This document shows positions 1 to 12,990 of a stretch of 64,000 bases of DNA, piece after piece. The position numbers and the translations under genes are program-made. Within the stretch, counting starts at the first letter, position 1. Every line of letters starts with the position of its first letter. The notes beneath the pieces were generated by a model. That model saw nothing but the letters and a program-made list of their open reading frames with translations, had not been told where the DNA came from and searched no databases. Origin of the DNA: Owenia fusiformis (Eukaryota); assembly GCA_903813345.2 (NCBI GenBank), contig CAIIXF020000001.1:29264001-29328000 (forward strand), given 5' to 3'.

Positions 1-48
1 GGATAGGAAGGAAAGGATACGAAGGAAGGATAGGATAGGATGGATGGA
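1..48. repeat. (GGATA/GGAA)n purine-rich microsatellite
   Basis: ggataggaaggaaaggatacgaaggaaggataggataggatggatgg seen directly. Confidence 0.8.
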
Positions 49-109
49 TGAATTTTTCAATATTTTCTTCTCTACTCTTGACTTTCTATCAGGACACCAT
101 CAGATCGAT

Positions 110-1305
110 TTTCCCAAATTTCAAAACGCCATAACTTCCGAACTGGAAGTCGGATCTAAATTTGATTTAAACATTCGGATTCCTGACAAAATTCTACCCC
201 TAATTCATAACTCATACATTAAATTTGGCGAATTTTTATTTTGACCTACTTTTTGGACACGCCATAACTTCGGAACCGGAAGTCGGATCGAAATTTGGTT
301 TGCAGATTCGGATTCCTGAGAAAATTCTATACTTAATTCATAACTCAAATGTTAAATTTGGAGAATTTGTTATTTTGACCTACTTTTCGGACACCATATC
401 TCAAAAGTGGGTCAAAATACTTTCTGACGGCAAAAGGCTAACATTATTAGCACACTCTTGGCTACATGTATACAAAATTTCGAAGAATATAATTAATCTG
501 TAGTGTCAGAATCGCAAAAATAAGGAAAAACTTTGAATTTGACCTAGATTTTGACCTAGGCATTTTGGTGTCCAAATTTTTATGAAAAGAAGGTTTTGAG
601 GTCCCTTTCTTCTATGGGCTTCCATTATGTTTAGCTGTGCTTAGTCTATATCTCGTATTTTACACTTCAAAAAAATATTTTTTCCCATTGAATTAACATG
701 GGGCACCAAATTTAGCGATTTTTGAATTTTCAAAACGCCATAACTTCTGAACCGGAAGTCAGATCGAAATTTAGTTTTCAGATTCGGAATCCTGAGAAAA
801 TTTCCTATAAGACTGATATCCTGGACATTGGATTCGGAGAACTTTTTTTTGGACATCGTTTTCGGACACTGATATCTCGAAATCGGTTTGAGATACCAAA
901 AAACTAAATCGATCCTAGATTTTCTACTTTTTTATGAGGAACACAATGAAAAAAACCCGGATCCAAAATATTAGAGGACGACCGAGAAAATCGAAAAAAG
1001 TGACAAAGTACTGGATTTGACCTAGTTCTTGACCTTTGACCTAGATAAAAAATTGACCCAATTTCCCACCAACTAGATACTGAACCTAAACAAACTGTAT
1101 TATGGTCCTTACTGGATACCTCATAGTTATTGAAAAAACTCCTAAAGAATAATAAGAATAAGAATAAGAATAAGAATAAGAAGAATACTGGCAAAAACAA
1201 TAGACTCCAGATTGACATCTGGAGTCTAATAAGAAGAAGAAGAAGAAGAAGAATAAGAAAACTGACGAGAACAATAGACTCCAGATTTTCAATCTGGAGT
1301 CTAAT
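110..1305 (+). mobile_element. Non-autonomous HINE/Helentron-like repeat: internal degenerate repeats, microsatellite and terminal hairpins
   Basis: Three related blocks 'cgccataacttcggaaccggaagtcggatcgaaattt...ttcggattcctgagaaaatt' at about 127, 260 and 736; (AAGAAT)n at 1145-1186 and (AAG)n at 1231-1252; two copies of a hairpin tagactccagat-N3/4-atctggagtcta at about 1201-1228 and 1274-1302. Family assignment is inferred from architecture only. Confidence 0.5.
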
Positions 1306-1521
1306 TATGACAACTTCAAAACACAGGTGACTAAATGTACATTTATATGAAATCACTGTCAATATACCCATGATAGACTAATTAACTGTCTTCTGTGACA
1401 TATGTTCTCTATAACTACCTTCACAAAAAAAAATTCTACAGTTTATATGCCCGATTCCTGTCATCCTCATAATATATTTTAAGAAAAGCACCAAAAATAT
1501 ATATACTTTTGCTCACTTTAA

Positions 1522-2617
1522 AGGGAGAATCAGATTTTGCTGCAACCAACTAAAATTGTTTTAATTTTTGAATATTTTTGGGTCTTATCATTACTTATCA
1601 TGTTTATTTTCTAAAAATCTCCAAAGTGCATACTTTTTTTCAGGAAAATTGAAGATTTTTACAATAATATATTATATTTCTAAAATTATGGCTACCATTT
1701 TTATCATTAGTGGTAGGATTCGCCCAAAGTTAGGAGCAAATAACTCAGATGCGAGTAGGTAGTTAACAAATTCACCACCAGGTAGCTTGTTTAACTTAAA
1801 TATTATCAGTTTTAGTGGTTCAATTTTCAGATCATCCTTATATTGTATCTAATAGCACATTAAAATATGTCCAGTACAAGAAAGGGGTCTATGGGTAATC
1901 TCCCCGAACTAGAAGTCATATTTTCAAAAAAAATTTCAAAGTTGATAAACAATTTTTAAAACAATATTTCTAGATGTACTTTTACATGTAGATTTCAAAT
2001 GTGACATCATTTTGACTGAATTTTGAATATTTAATGACTTGAATCAAGATTATTTCTCACAGAAAAATCTAAAGGTCCATGTGCAGTATGGCAAGTGATT
2101 TTAGACAGTCATATCTTTAACCATGAATACTTTCTGGGCATAAATAGTGTTTTTTATTAAAACAATGTTTTCTTTTAAGCGAAGTACCCATGATGATAAA
2201 AATATCAATCAAACAGTTCGAAAAATTATGAAAATTTTCAAAATGGTGATGGACCTTTTAAAACAGTTTTAACAAAGACATGTGCGCAATATATTATTGA
2301 GTAATATGTAAGTACTGTATATATTGCTTTTTACTCATTTATTTGTGAAAGAACTGAGCTGAAGTCCGACTCGAGTCAAAATCAGAGTTGAAAACAAAAA
2401 TTTTCAAACTCTTTAATCCAAACAAATGATTATTTATGTTAGAATTTCTCGTACCACCATTATTCATTAATTGGGAGAACATAACTTCACCAATCATATC
2501 AATCAAACATATCATATCTTTTGGGAGATATTATATTTGAGAACATAAGAAGTAAGGTGGAGGTCAAATGTGCACATTGTTTACATTTTGTCAACCCCTA
2601 TAATTCTGATTCTGCCT
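1522..2617. mobile_element. Degenerate TTAA-flanked DNA element (Kolobok-like) containing other repeat fragments
   Basis: TTAA|agggagaatcaga ... tctgattctgcct|TTAA (13-bp TIR, 1 mismatch); 1739-2030 inside it matches 41906-42345 in inverted orientation. Confidence 0.4.
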
Positions 2618-3116
2618 TTAATAGACATGTTGGTTAAAAGATGAAAATTATTATTTATTTTTAATAAATTTTTTCTAGTAAACTATTAAAACAGAGGACT
2701 GACACAGATTAATATTTTTTATGTTGCCTTAACAGGAGTTTCATCTTCTGTGCCCTTCCCATCTTTACTAGAAGCTGGAGGAATAGTAAAACGTTTGATC
2801 TTGACCTTCATTCTTTCAATCAAATCATCGATCATTTGATAACCAGAATGGGTACTCTATATTTAGGTTATCAACTTTTGATAAACTTTTTTCACATAAT
2901 AAGTTTGGATAAAAAACATTTCATTTGATTTTATTGAAATAATTTGATTTTGGACTATTTATTCTCTATCATAATGTATTTTATTATATCTTTTATTGAC
3001 AGTTTATATCAGTAACATGATACATAAGTCACTAAAACACTACAAACTACTACTACAACTATTCTAACTACAAATAATTATTATACAGTGTGATGCACAC
3101 TATTAAACATATACGC

Positions 3117-4130
3117 TTAAATTTTGAATCCATGATATATAAATTTTCCAATGTATAATTGAACATTCAAGTGTTCAGTAGCCATTAACCTTTTAAAAAT
3201 ATCTGGGTCATCACAATCAAAACTTGGAAAAATTTCTTTTAATTTCGAAAACAAACATTCTCTAAGAGTTACATATTTTTTACATCTTGTGAGAAAGTGT
3301 TCTTCATCTTCAATAGAATTACATGTTGAACATTTTCTCTCATTTAGAGGTTTAGGGGCAGGTTTACAATGCCTCCCAGTCTCAATATGCAACTGGTGTG
3401 AACTTAGTCTAAATCTTGCAATACAATGCCTATACTTTCTATTGTCTAACTTTAAATATGATTCACATTCAAATTTAGTTTTATATTTACAATATGTTCT
3501 AAGTATAGGTGCACACAAAATAGCATTTTGCCAATCGGCACGATACTGTCTCATCAAAGTGCTATTTACATCCTTTAAAAATATTTTCTCATCAGGTATT
3601 TCCTGATTGTCCCAGTATTCTAACATGTCACATTTTTCCAGTATTTTAAAAACTCTGGATGCCCATGAGGGAAACCCAAGATTGTGTAACTCAAGCTCAT
3701 ATTTATATGTTTCAGATAATATATTACTTGGGCATAGTCTCAGGAGTCTAATCCAATATTTTAATAGTTGTATTTCAAATTTTATATACAATGGATAACG
3801 GCCTAAATCACCATAAACTGCATGTGTTGATGTCTGAGGTTTTACACATAAAACAGATTTTAAAAACTTAAGATGGATTGTTTCAATTGTCTTCATTTGT
3901 TTATGATCTAGCCATATCTCAGAACCATAATTTAGAATCGGCAGAATAAGTGTATCGAACAAATGCAAAGCGATACTAACCGGGATATCATTAAATTTAT
4001 TGTATTGTTGTTTTATCTTGAAATAGGCTTTTCTTGCTTGTTCTTTCAAATGGTTGGAATTTTTATCAAACTTGTTATTATGACTTAAGACACAACCAAG
4101 ATATTTATATTCATTGACTTGTTCAATTGT
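3117..4130 (-). mobile_element. 5'-truncated non-LTR retrotransposon (LINE; RTE-X/CR1-like) ORF2 C-terminal region
   Basis: ORF 3117-4187 contains the end of the RT domain (IEQVNEYKYLG), LPILNYGSEIW, ARFRLSSHQLHIETGR and a C-terminal CCHC finger (CSTC...EDEEHFLTRC); no YADD core; AATAAA motifs on the minus strand near 2930-3000 mark the 3' UTR. Confidence 0.92.
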
Positions 4131-5532
4131 TATAAATATCCATTTTAAAATATGAACAATTTCATTATTTATTGATTTTAAAATCATAAAAATTCCATTA
4201 AAACTCTAATGGTTACAAGATGTAGATAATTCTCCAGCAGAGGAACTGAAAAAGACTTACTCCATTGGAATTCACTTCTATTCTATACCAGATTCCTCTA
4301 AGTACACCAAGTTAGCATTCGTATTATGATTTCTTGACCACATCACATGCTAACAACAGATTGAATGCCTGTTATCTTAAAGGGTCTAGTGGGCTTGACC
4401 AAATATTCGCTTATACATATATGTATAGGGGAAACTTCATCTATTTTTGATATGCAGCCAATATGTTGTTTGTGCAATAAATGGAGGAAAACAGGGGTGA
4501 GATAATGGACGCAGGATGGATGACCGGTTGCTGGACTATTAAAATAGATTTACCTTTTAAAAGTGTTATGATTTTGTTAATTATAAAACAACACAAAAGG
4601 CAATGTTTTAAGAACACAAAGCTGCATCACACTTTTATTTTACAATTTTCATGGGAATACATTTATAACCTACAGGCATAATTCTTTTTTTAAATAATTG
4701 ATAAAAACATATAAAATGTTAAATGTAAAGGTCATCAAAACCTATCAAATCTTCATCATATCACCGGGAAAAGAATGTAGTGAATTGTTGATTTTTTGAT
4801 GGTTTATCAACTTCTCGCGACATTTCAGAGAAGTGAATATATAGTGAAAGTGACTGGTATCTCTGGATTATACAAGGTCAAGGAGCTTTATCATATCAAC
4901 ATGCCACTACACATACACTTATGCCCAGTTGACCAATAGTTATAAACAGGTAAACAGTGCAAACCAAGTCCATCTGGCCTTTGCTCCCTTGTCTAGAGGG
5001 TCTATAGCTGATAGCACTATCGATAATATTATAGAAAATGTAAATATATATGATTAAGAGATGGTAACAGTAATACCATTGAACATAGAATAATTTATAC
5101 ATTCTACAGAACAAAACATGTTCTAACGACAAACAATTAATGTCGGTAGTGTATGCATTCCCAAAAATCTATGAAACTAAATATGCCAATTTCATGTAAA
5201 AATAAAATTCAGTTTTCAGGTTTAATGTTCGAGTAAAAATTAAATCAAGTTTTCAAGTTTGATATTTGCATTTTATAACTGATTTTACAAGATACGTTTG
5301 GTCTTTCCCCTTTTGCCACCTGAACTTATATATTTAATATAACCCGAATTATAATTATAAACAATAATTTCCTATTCAAGAGAAGGAAGAGTTTGAAAAT
5401 TTCAAGATTGTGAAATTTTCAATTTTTTCTGAAAATCGATTAAGTTAACAGTCACCTTAATGCAACAAGAAAAATATAAGGCATAGAAAAAATGTAACCC
5501 CCCTGCCAAGCTATTACAAATGGTTACAAAAG

Positions 5533-5726
5533 CAGTGATCTCCCCAGCATTAAAGCAAGTGGGCGCAGCACCCACCAAAGATTTTGAAAATAAGCTTGCA
5601 CCCACCTGAAAATCCATTTGCACCCACTTGAAAATGAAAAAAATCATGAAAATTGGCATATTTTGACCAATTTTGGTCTGAATTGTGAAAATGAGAATTT
5701 TGCACCCACTTGAGAAAAGATCACTG
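5533..5726. mobile_element. Small hAT-like MITE
   Basis: TIR cagtgatct / agatcactg; internal repeated gcacccac motifs; only 5 bp (aaaag) of flanking duplication is visible. Confidence 0.5.
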
Positions 5727-7947
5727 AAAAGTGTAACAATTTGTTATAGATGCTGAAAGCTACCTGCCAACCATCAAACCGTCAAATTAGTTGTATACTA
5801 TATGGGCTTTTGGTGCAACAATATATAGTCCTTGAACTTGAATTTATAGTAAGATTCCATGGAACAAACTTTTTACCAAATTATTGTGATCGGAAGTTAG
5901 TATAACATATTGTTGTCTACTTGAACATTACATCAGGGGTAAAAATGGTGAAAGATGATTACTGGATCACCATCTGTACTAGGAGCAAAATAATGTTTCC
6001 TTGTGAATGAAAGAACATAAAATCACAACAGCTCTCCTCTCTCTACATGTTATTCTCTAATATTAGCCAAGAATTGCAGTGAACATGTCTCTAATAATAT
6101 ACTGGTGGTACAGACATGACCTTTCTAATGAGTTAATTCAGTGAGTTGGAAGGAATCAATAAAATATTCCTTGTATGAATGCTATACTGACCATTCAATG
6201 CCAATGGCTTGAATTATTTACACCACTCTTGATAATGTTGAATGCTGAACGCACCTTTGGTCAGTATTTCATTGTATTTATAGCCTCGACTCTCTGGGGT
6301 ATGTTAACACATCATCAAAACTACTGTTCTGGACTGTGCTATACTGAACTGAACTGTCCTGTATAGTTATACAATACTGAACATAAAAACCCTTAATTTA
6401 AATCTCTATATATAGACTAATATCTTAGACATAATATGAGGCCTTATTCTGACCATGACGATCTCAAATATCTCAACCAATTTTTTTCATTTTACAAAGT
6501 TTTAGTAGAAGATCAAAACAATTCTACTCATATCTCCCTACCAATAAGAGAGAAAAATAACACATTTAGCTTTTGAAAAGTTCAAGATCTTATATCAAAA
6601 TGATTGTAGTTTCGGAAAACAAGCAATTGTGTCTCTAAAACCGAGGCATGGTATCTAAGTTTGCTTGATTATGGAGCATCAGTTACTTTTTTTCAATTAC
6701 TGCATACATCTCAAAATGAATGATAATCACCCAGATAGTACTCCATAATGAATTCTTGTCATTAGACATGCCCAAAAGTTTTATTTCAAATATTTCAATT
6801 GATCGTTTAGAATTAAGAACCCACATCCTCATAAACACATTCCTAAGAGCAGTGTCAGGTGTGAAATAAGGTGAATCTTCATTGAAAGTGAAACATAATA
6901 TACTTCAACAACATCCACTTTGAGATTTTAAATGATATTACTCATAAGTGACAGTTAAACGGAATGATTCAGAGAATATGAAAAGAATGTATTTATACTG
7001 ACCAATCTTAAAAGTTAAAATATCAAAGAATATTCCATCTTTTGAAATGGTAATATTTATCGCAAATACTCTTTTTAAAAAATGGTATTAATAAAAGTCT
7101 AAATAAGGAAATGATTTACTCTTGGTGCCCAGAGTGCTCAAAGAATGTAGAGAAAGAATACAAACTGAACATGAATGAATCAAAATCACATGATGATATA
7201 GACTAACTTCACAATCATGTACCATATGTTGTGTAAAACCCAAAACTAAGATATAGGAGATGTTCCACTGTAATTTCAGTAACTGAAGCTCAAAGTTACA
7301 GGACATTACTGGTTGTTGGTTCTGACAGATCAACTTTGTCTGTTTCTGCTGTAATATACAAGGTTGGCATGGTAACTATTCCGGGTTGGCACGGCAACTA
7401 TTCCATAGAGATAAGACAGTAATTAAAGATGAAGGGAGTGTAGAACATCTCAAATCAGCTCCAGTGCAGTCTTATTAACATTGTTCTTTGCCAGATACTC
7501 TAACAGACTAATGGAAATAACTTTACCTGGACTGCCCCATAGAATCTGACAGTGTTCATCTTCTATTATCTTCTATTATAAACTTTATACAATGACAAAA
7601 CATGACAAACTGTGAAGAAATGTTGAATATAACCATACAACAATATAATAAGAATATGTTTGTTGAAGGCCCGAGAACAGATTTTTCTTTACACAAGTGA
7701 TTCAAAATTGTGTTTGTAAAAACTTAACTATAGTATCTGCCTATTTCTAATAATCAAATAATGGCTAAACTATTGAAAAAATAAGATAAAAATGGCCCCA
7801 ATAACGGAATTTCCTTTGTACAAGTCTGGTGGTTCAAAATCATGTCTATTATAAAACTTAAGAATGGTATCTGCCTATATGTATATAAGTATTATGATAT
7901 ATTTTTCTGATTGAACCATTTTGAATATCAGAAGAAAAAAAAACACA

Positions 7948-8579
7948 CAAAGGATGGGTATCGATACTATTTGAACACACGTTTCTCTTAAACCAGTCAT
8001 CAAAAAATTCTGAAAATTTTACACATTGTCAATTTAATGGTCATCTTTTGAATGGTAACAATATAATTTGAAATAGATATATATACGTCGCTCTATATTG
8101 TTTTAAAAAATACATCGGACACTTCTTTTGTTCTTTGTATCATATTTTCGGAATGAAATGAAACATCTATCCGAACCTCATTGGAACAAAATGACATAAA
8201 CACAACGTGTTTATGTCTCTCAATATTGTAATTATACAATGGAAAGTTTGGTTGATTTAAAAAAAGTATCTTGTTAATGAAATTAAAGGTTTATCGTAAT
8301 TTTTACCTATTTCGGGGGTTTTTGTTTGAATTTTTTGAAAGATATTTGATTTCATTCTCAAGAAATGGTAAAAAGGAACAAAAAACAATTGCACTAAAAA
8401 GCAAAAAAATGTTAACAAAAACAGCTTTATAAAATACAAATAAATAATTTTCGCATTAAATTGTTGTAAATCAGTCAACATTAAATAAAGGACCGTGTTT
8501 TTTACAGAATGTTTTCAATAATTGGTTTAAGAAAAAAACATTGTTGATTTCAATTCTCCATATCGATACCAATCCTTTG
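7948..8579. mobile_element. MITE with 19-bp TIRs
   Basis: caaaggatgggtatcgata ... tatcgataccaatcctttg (1 mismatch); no TSD seen. Confidence 0.55.
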
Positions 8580-8820
8580 ATTGGCTATTAGCCCTTACCA
8601 TTTCCCCAAAATTTTTAGTCGTTCTTGAATTCCTAGATCAACAAGGGAATTTTGGGAGCAATTTTGAAATTGACTAACTTTTCCAGTGGGGAAATGATAT
8701 CATGGTAAGCCAAACCCTCTCCATCTCCATCCATCTGCGATGCAACAGAGAGAGATGATATCAGAATTGGGAAATGATTTTACTTTTCACTTATCTATGG
8801 TTTTTAAGAGTTTAGTTATA

Positions 8821-9057
8821 CAGTTGGGGACATAAATAAATGACAGGTGGATTTGCTGAAGTGAGGATTTCCCATGTTAAAAATAAGAGAATTTACAAGA
8901 GGCCATACATCAGTGGATGAGATTATACAAAATGTAAAATATACAAATTTTAAGGGATATATATCTAGACAATATTTGAAATTATGGGCTTTCAGACCAC
9001 CATAATTAGGAAATGGTGATCGAAAATCGACCTGTCATTTATTTTTGTCCCCAACTG
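8821..9057. mobile_element. Tc1/mariner-type MITE
   Basis: TA|cagttggggacataaataaatgacaggt ... acctgtcatttatttttgtccccaactg|TA; about 28-bp TIR, TA target duplication. Confidence 0.85.
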
Positions 9058-10129
9058 TACAGTTTGGTACAATTATTACGCTCAGTGCCCATGTTCATGT
9101 CATAGTGAGAAAACAGTAACTATGAACACATCAATAGAGAGGATGTAAAAATATTATAAACAGGACAATAAAACAAATGAAGGATGGTACATCCTTACTC
9201 GAGTCTCTAGCTTACAGCTAGACGAAACTTCATTGATTTCGTATGTACTGTGCTACACGCACCTACACGCACCTAGAACTCATTTTTAATAAATTTTATA
9301 AATATTTTTAAGAATATTAATCATATTTAGGATGAAGCGTTGCTTGTCTGGATTTAGATATTTCAAAATTTCATTTCGGAGTTTTGACACATGGTGAAAT
9401 TTTCTCGCTGTAGCTAAAAATGGCTTCCGGTTCTGGACGTGAATAACATTTGAAATTATTCTCGCTTAAAGAAATCAAATATAACAATAGATTCAGACGG
9501 GGATGTGAGCTGATGTTCTTCAAACCTATACATAAAGGTATATTTCATATTATTATGCCATATTTACTGTGCGTGTGACACAATGATTTACAATATTTAT
9601 AATACTAAGGCAGCTCAATCTTCCTCCTCAAAGCCGGAATATAGAGAAGGCTTTGGACCGAAGTAAGTACATCCAACAAAAAGTGTAATGAATGATGTGG
9701 ACTAACAGAATGATGGAAAATCTCTTTAGACTATCAAAACAATTAAGATGATGCTATGGTCCGCTGAACATGCATGTCAGTGTTTTGAAATAATGTCCTG
9801 GTAAAAATCACTGTCAATCATGTTTTCATCAACCAATGCTCATAAGAAAGAACACCTGTCAAAATCAGCCGCCATTTTGTAAATGCTTCATTTTGATTGA
9901 TTCTTTTTGTTTTGGATAAATCACTGGTCAACCGCAGTAGAGTGAACACACATACTTACGTAACATGTCTAGTAATAATAAGGTATTTGGGGAAGTACCT
10001 TCATGGACTTACAATAACCGGAATTACCATGATTATGTGTCATTATATAAGAGTATGTAGGTATTGTAAACCACACAAAATGGCCGGAGTGGCCGTGAAT
10101 GAATAAGTAGGGTCCAGAAAGTCACTTAC

Positions 10130-10229
10130 CATAATTATGCTGGCTTTCTTGTGCACGATACGGGTTCATACTTGGGAAGGAGGCATTCTGCTCTACCTGT
10201 TGATAATCGTAATATCCTCCGTCAGTCAT
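10130..10229 (-). CDS. Probable first coding exon of an unidentified minus-strand gene
   Basis: aaaaATG start, open 33 codons MTDGGYYDYQQVEQNASFPSMNPYRAQESQHNY, then a consensus donor G|gtaagt (phase 1); relatively CpG-rich surroundings with YY1-like motifs at about 9868 (gccgccattttg) and 10076 (caaaatggcc). Confidence 0.5.
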
Positions 10230-11267
10230 TTTTTAGCTTGCTAACGGTTATCAAAAGAACAAAGTTAAAGTCAACTCGACTTTTCTGACCTGGTCGCATT
10301 GACACAACACTGTGTACAAACTACGCAACTGGGCGATCTCACTTTTTAAGGGGTATAAGGATGTAACTCGATTTAATTTTTGTAAAAACTAAGCGTTTTG
10401 ATTTAGGACAATATATTGGAACTTCTGATATGTTGATTGTGATGTATCATTATTGTAAATTTATGAGATATATCCACCAGGCGATTTGTACGATTAAGCA
10501 ATTTAAGTTACCACCCTCTTTCGGCGGGCTTATCCTTGACCTACATAAGTTAGCCAATCAAATGTTATTGCTCTTGAAAACTGACCACAGTGTACAGAGT
10601 GAGCCAAATTAAATGCTATTTTATCTTTACACGAGATATACGGGATGAATGATGAATCAATGTTTTTAAATCGAACTATGATAAACTTGTAATTTTACGA
10701 TAATGAGTCAAGAAAAATTTATACAGGAATTATTTCTTTTAGTACTTGGTGAAACAGTAATGGTTTATGGCAAAATGTTTCGATCATGGGCGTTGCCAGC
10801 ACAAGGCAGCAATCGAGACACTAAGACACCATGATGACACTAAACAAGTTGCCAATAACCTCGACAATATTTTACAGAATGTTCTGTTTTCAGGTAACCT
10901 CAAAGGCCGACTGAACAACAGAAAATAGCCGTTGAAAAAGATAATATTCAGGCGTTTTTAAGGTGTAAAACGAAATTTACTCACGCGTAGTAGCCTACTG
11001 ATCAGACTCAGACCATTAGTTAAATGTTCCCCCTACTTGATTTTTCCTTTGCCGATTATCTGACTACACTCATGCTGACTCTCATGGAATTGTCTTTTTT
11101 TATTTTGAGCATACCTTCATTGCAGTGGATACGAAATTGTCTCAAGTTACTGATCTGGGTGAGCAGTTTCGAAGTTTTTAAGAATCAGCGCGAATATGAA
11201 GAAAAATAACATTAATACGCATTCTGCGCCCAATCTTGCTAGGGTATAACAGTCACCACTATAACGC

Positions 11268-11488
11268 CATGGGCGTAGCCAGGGGGTTAGATAGAGGAAG
11301 AAAAGAGCTTTAAAATGCATTTTTGTTTGAAGCTTCTAGCACCATTTTGAAAGAAATTGCATAAAATATAATTCAAAACGAATCTTTTGTTTTTATTTTG
11401 CTTATGCTACGATCGCACCCCCGCCTGAATGAAAACCGAAAAAATGGCGATCGCACCCCCCCCTGACTGAAAGCTGGCTACGCCCCTA
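11268..11488. mobile_element. hAT-like MITE family (related copies/fragments at about 11573-11610 and 14694-14926)
   Basis: TIR catgggcgtagccag ... ctggctacgcccct; internal gatagaggaagaaaagagctttaaaatgcattttt and atcgcacccc motifs recur inverted at 14810-14926. Confidence 0.7.
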
Positions 11489-12426
11489 CATAAGAATTTG
11501 AATTATCTTTGTTTAAGCAGAAAATAAAACAAATTATGAACATACAAAGAAGCAATTTATAGAATGTAATACATGGGCGTAGCCAGGGGGTGTGCTATCA
11601 TGGGTGCAATCGGAGTGATGCATACCCCGTATTATTCAACATAATTATTTACATAGATTGTGAGGGGCCGAGGCTATATAGCATTATTGGACCCCCTCTA
11701 GAAAGAGGGGGGGGGGCAATAATCTAATCTAATTTTATTATAGTTCTATGCGAAATACGTTTTCGATTTCTCAGTGGGTTTGATTTAATTCTGATATACG
11801 AAGGAGTTAAAGAAGACAAGATGAGCTTTCCAATGATGTGCTGAATCATCCTTGCAAAAAGGTATATAGTATTTAAGCATAAATGAAGTCCTTTGAAAAA
11901 GGATGGTGGAGAATATGCGGCTAGCTTTTTCAAATCCTAACAAAAACTGTAGTAAAACCTATCTAATCCAACAGTCATTGGAACAGCTAAAAGGGTTCGG
12001 GTTGGGAGGTGTTCGGATTTCGAGGTTTTTGCATCCTCAAGATTTGAAGGAAATGCATTCTCAAAGAATATTAATATTTCTATTGACCGCAAAGCTCTAT
12101 GACATTACAAAATCCGATTTAAATGAATTAAATGGTCATGCTAGAAAGATCCCAGAGCATTCGATGTTATTTCAAACATTTTGATATTATAACAAATCAG
12201 TGTTAAATTGAAGATATTTGAGCAATTTTGTAAAAATATGTGAAACTTCACATTTTGTGAAGTGTTCAGATTAGACAGGTAACTAAGTTTCAAATACGAA
12301 TGTTCACCGTTCGAATGAAGTGGTGTTCAGACCGGAGAAAGTTTTCAGATTGGAAAGTGTTCGGATTAGCCAGGAGTTCGGATATATGGTTTCATTGTAC
12401 GTAATTGTTTACCGAGTGCCGATATA

Positions 12427-12990
12427 TAAGGGTTATGTACTGGGAGGTTTTGGATATACCCTATATCCCAAACCGACCGTGCATAACTGGTGTATCTCAT
12501 AGTCTACTTGATTGGGTTTAGGGTAGATAACCTTTTCCAACTTTTTCAAATGACAAGATAGGCCTATATTGAAAAAGTTATATTTAATATTCTCGTAATA
12601 TTCCTTTAGTTCAATACAATGAAATTGTAACATTTAAACGTTTAAAAAATGGAAACTTTTGAAATTTAAAACTTTTAAAATTGTTTAATCTTTAAACTTT
12701 TTTTTGAAAAATTCCCAGAAGTGGGATGGATATATTATATCTGCCCGCATTTAGCCTGGAGCGGGACATGTACAATATATCCTGCCCGCTCCTCAGATGT
12801 GATATATATTCCCGGGTGATATCTACCCCAAACCCACTCAAGTATGAGATACATAGAGATTATCCTATAGTCGGTTCAGGATATTGGGATTATCCCGAAG
12901 CCAATATAATAGCCGTAGGTCCCGAGGGAAGATATATTATATTGGCTTCGGGATAATCCCAATATCCTGAACCGACTATAAGATAATATG
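12427..12990. repeat. Foldback/palindromic repeat containing a perfect 46-bp inverted repeat
   Basis: Arms 12866-12911 and 12935-12980 are exact reverse complements (23-nt loop); the left end ataagggttatgtactgggaggttttggatat matches the terminus of the element at 36605-36850. Confidence 0.8.

Noticed and set aside
904-1371. Hydrophobic 155-aa ORF resembling a membrane protein
   Set aside because: Leu/Phe runs are translations of (AAGAAT)n and (AAG)n microsatellites
3289-3798. Plus-strand ORFs of 105 and 63 aa
   Set aside because: Antisense shadows of the LINE ORF
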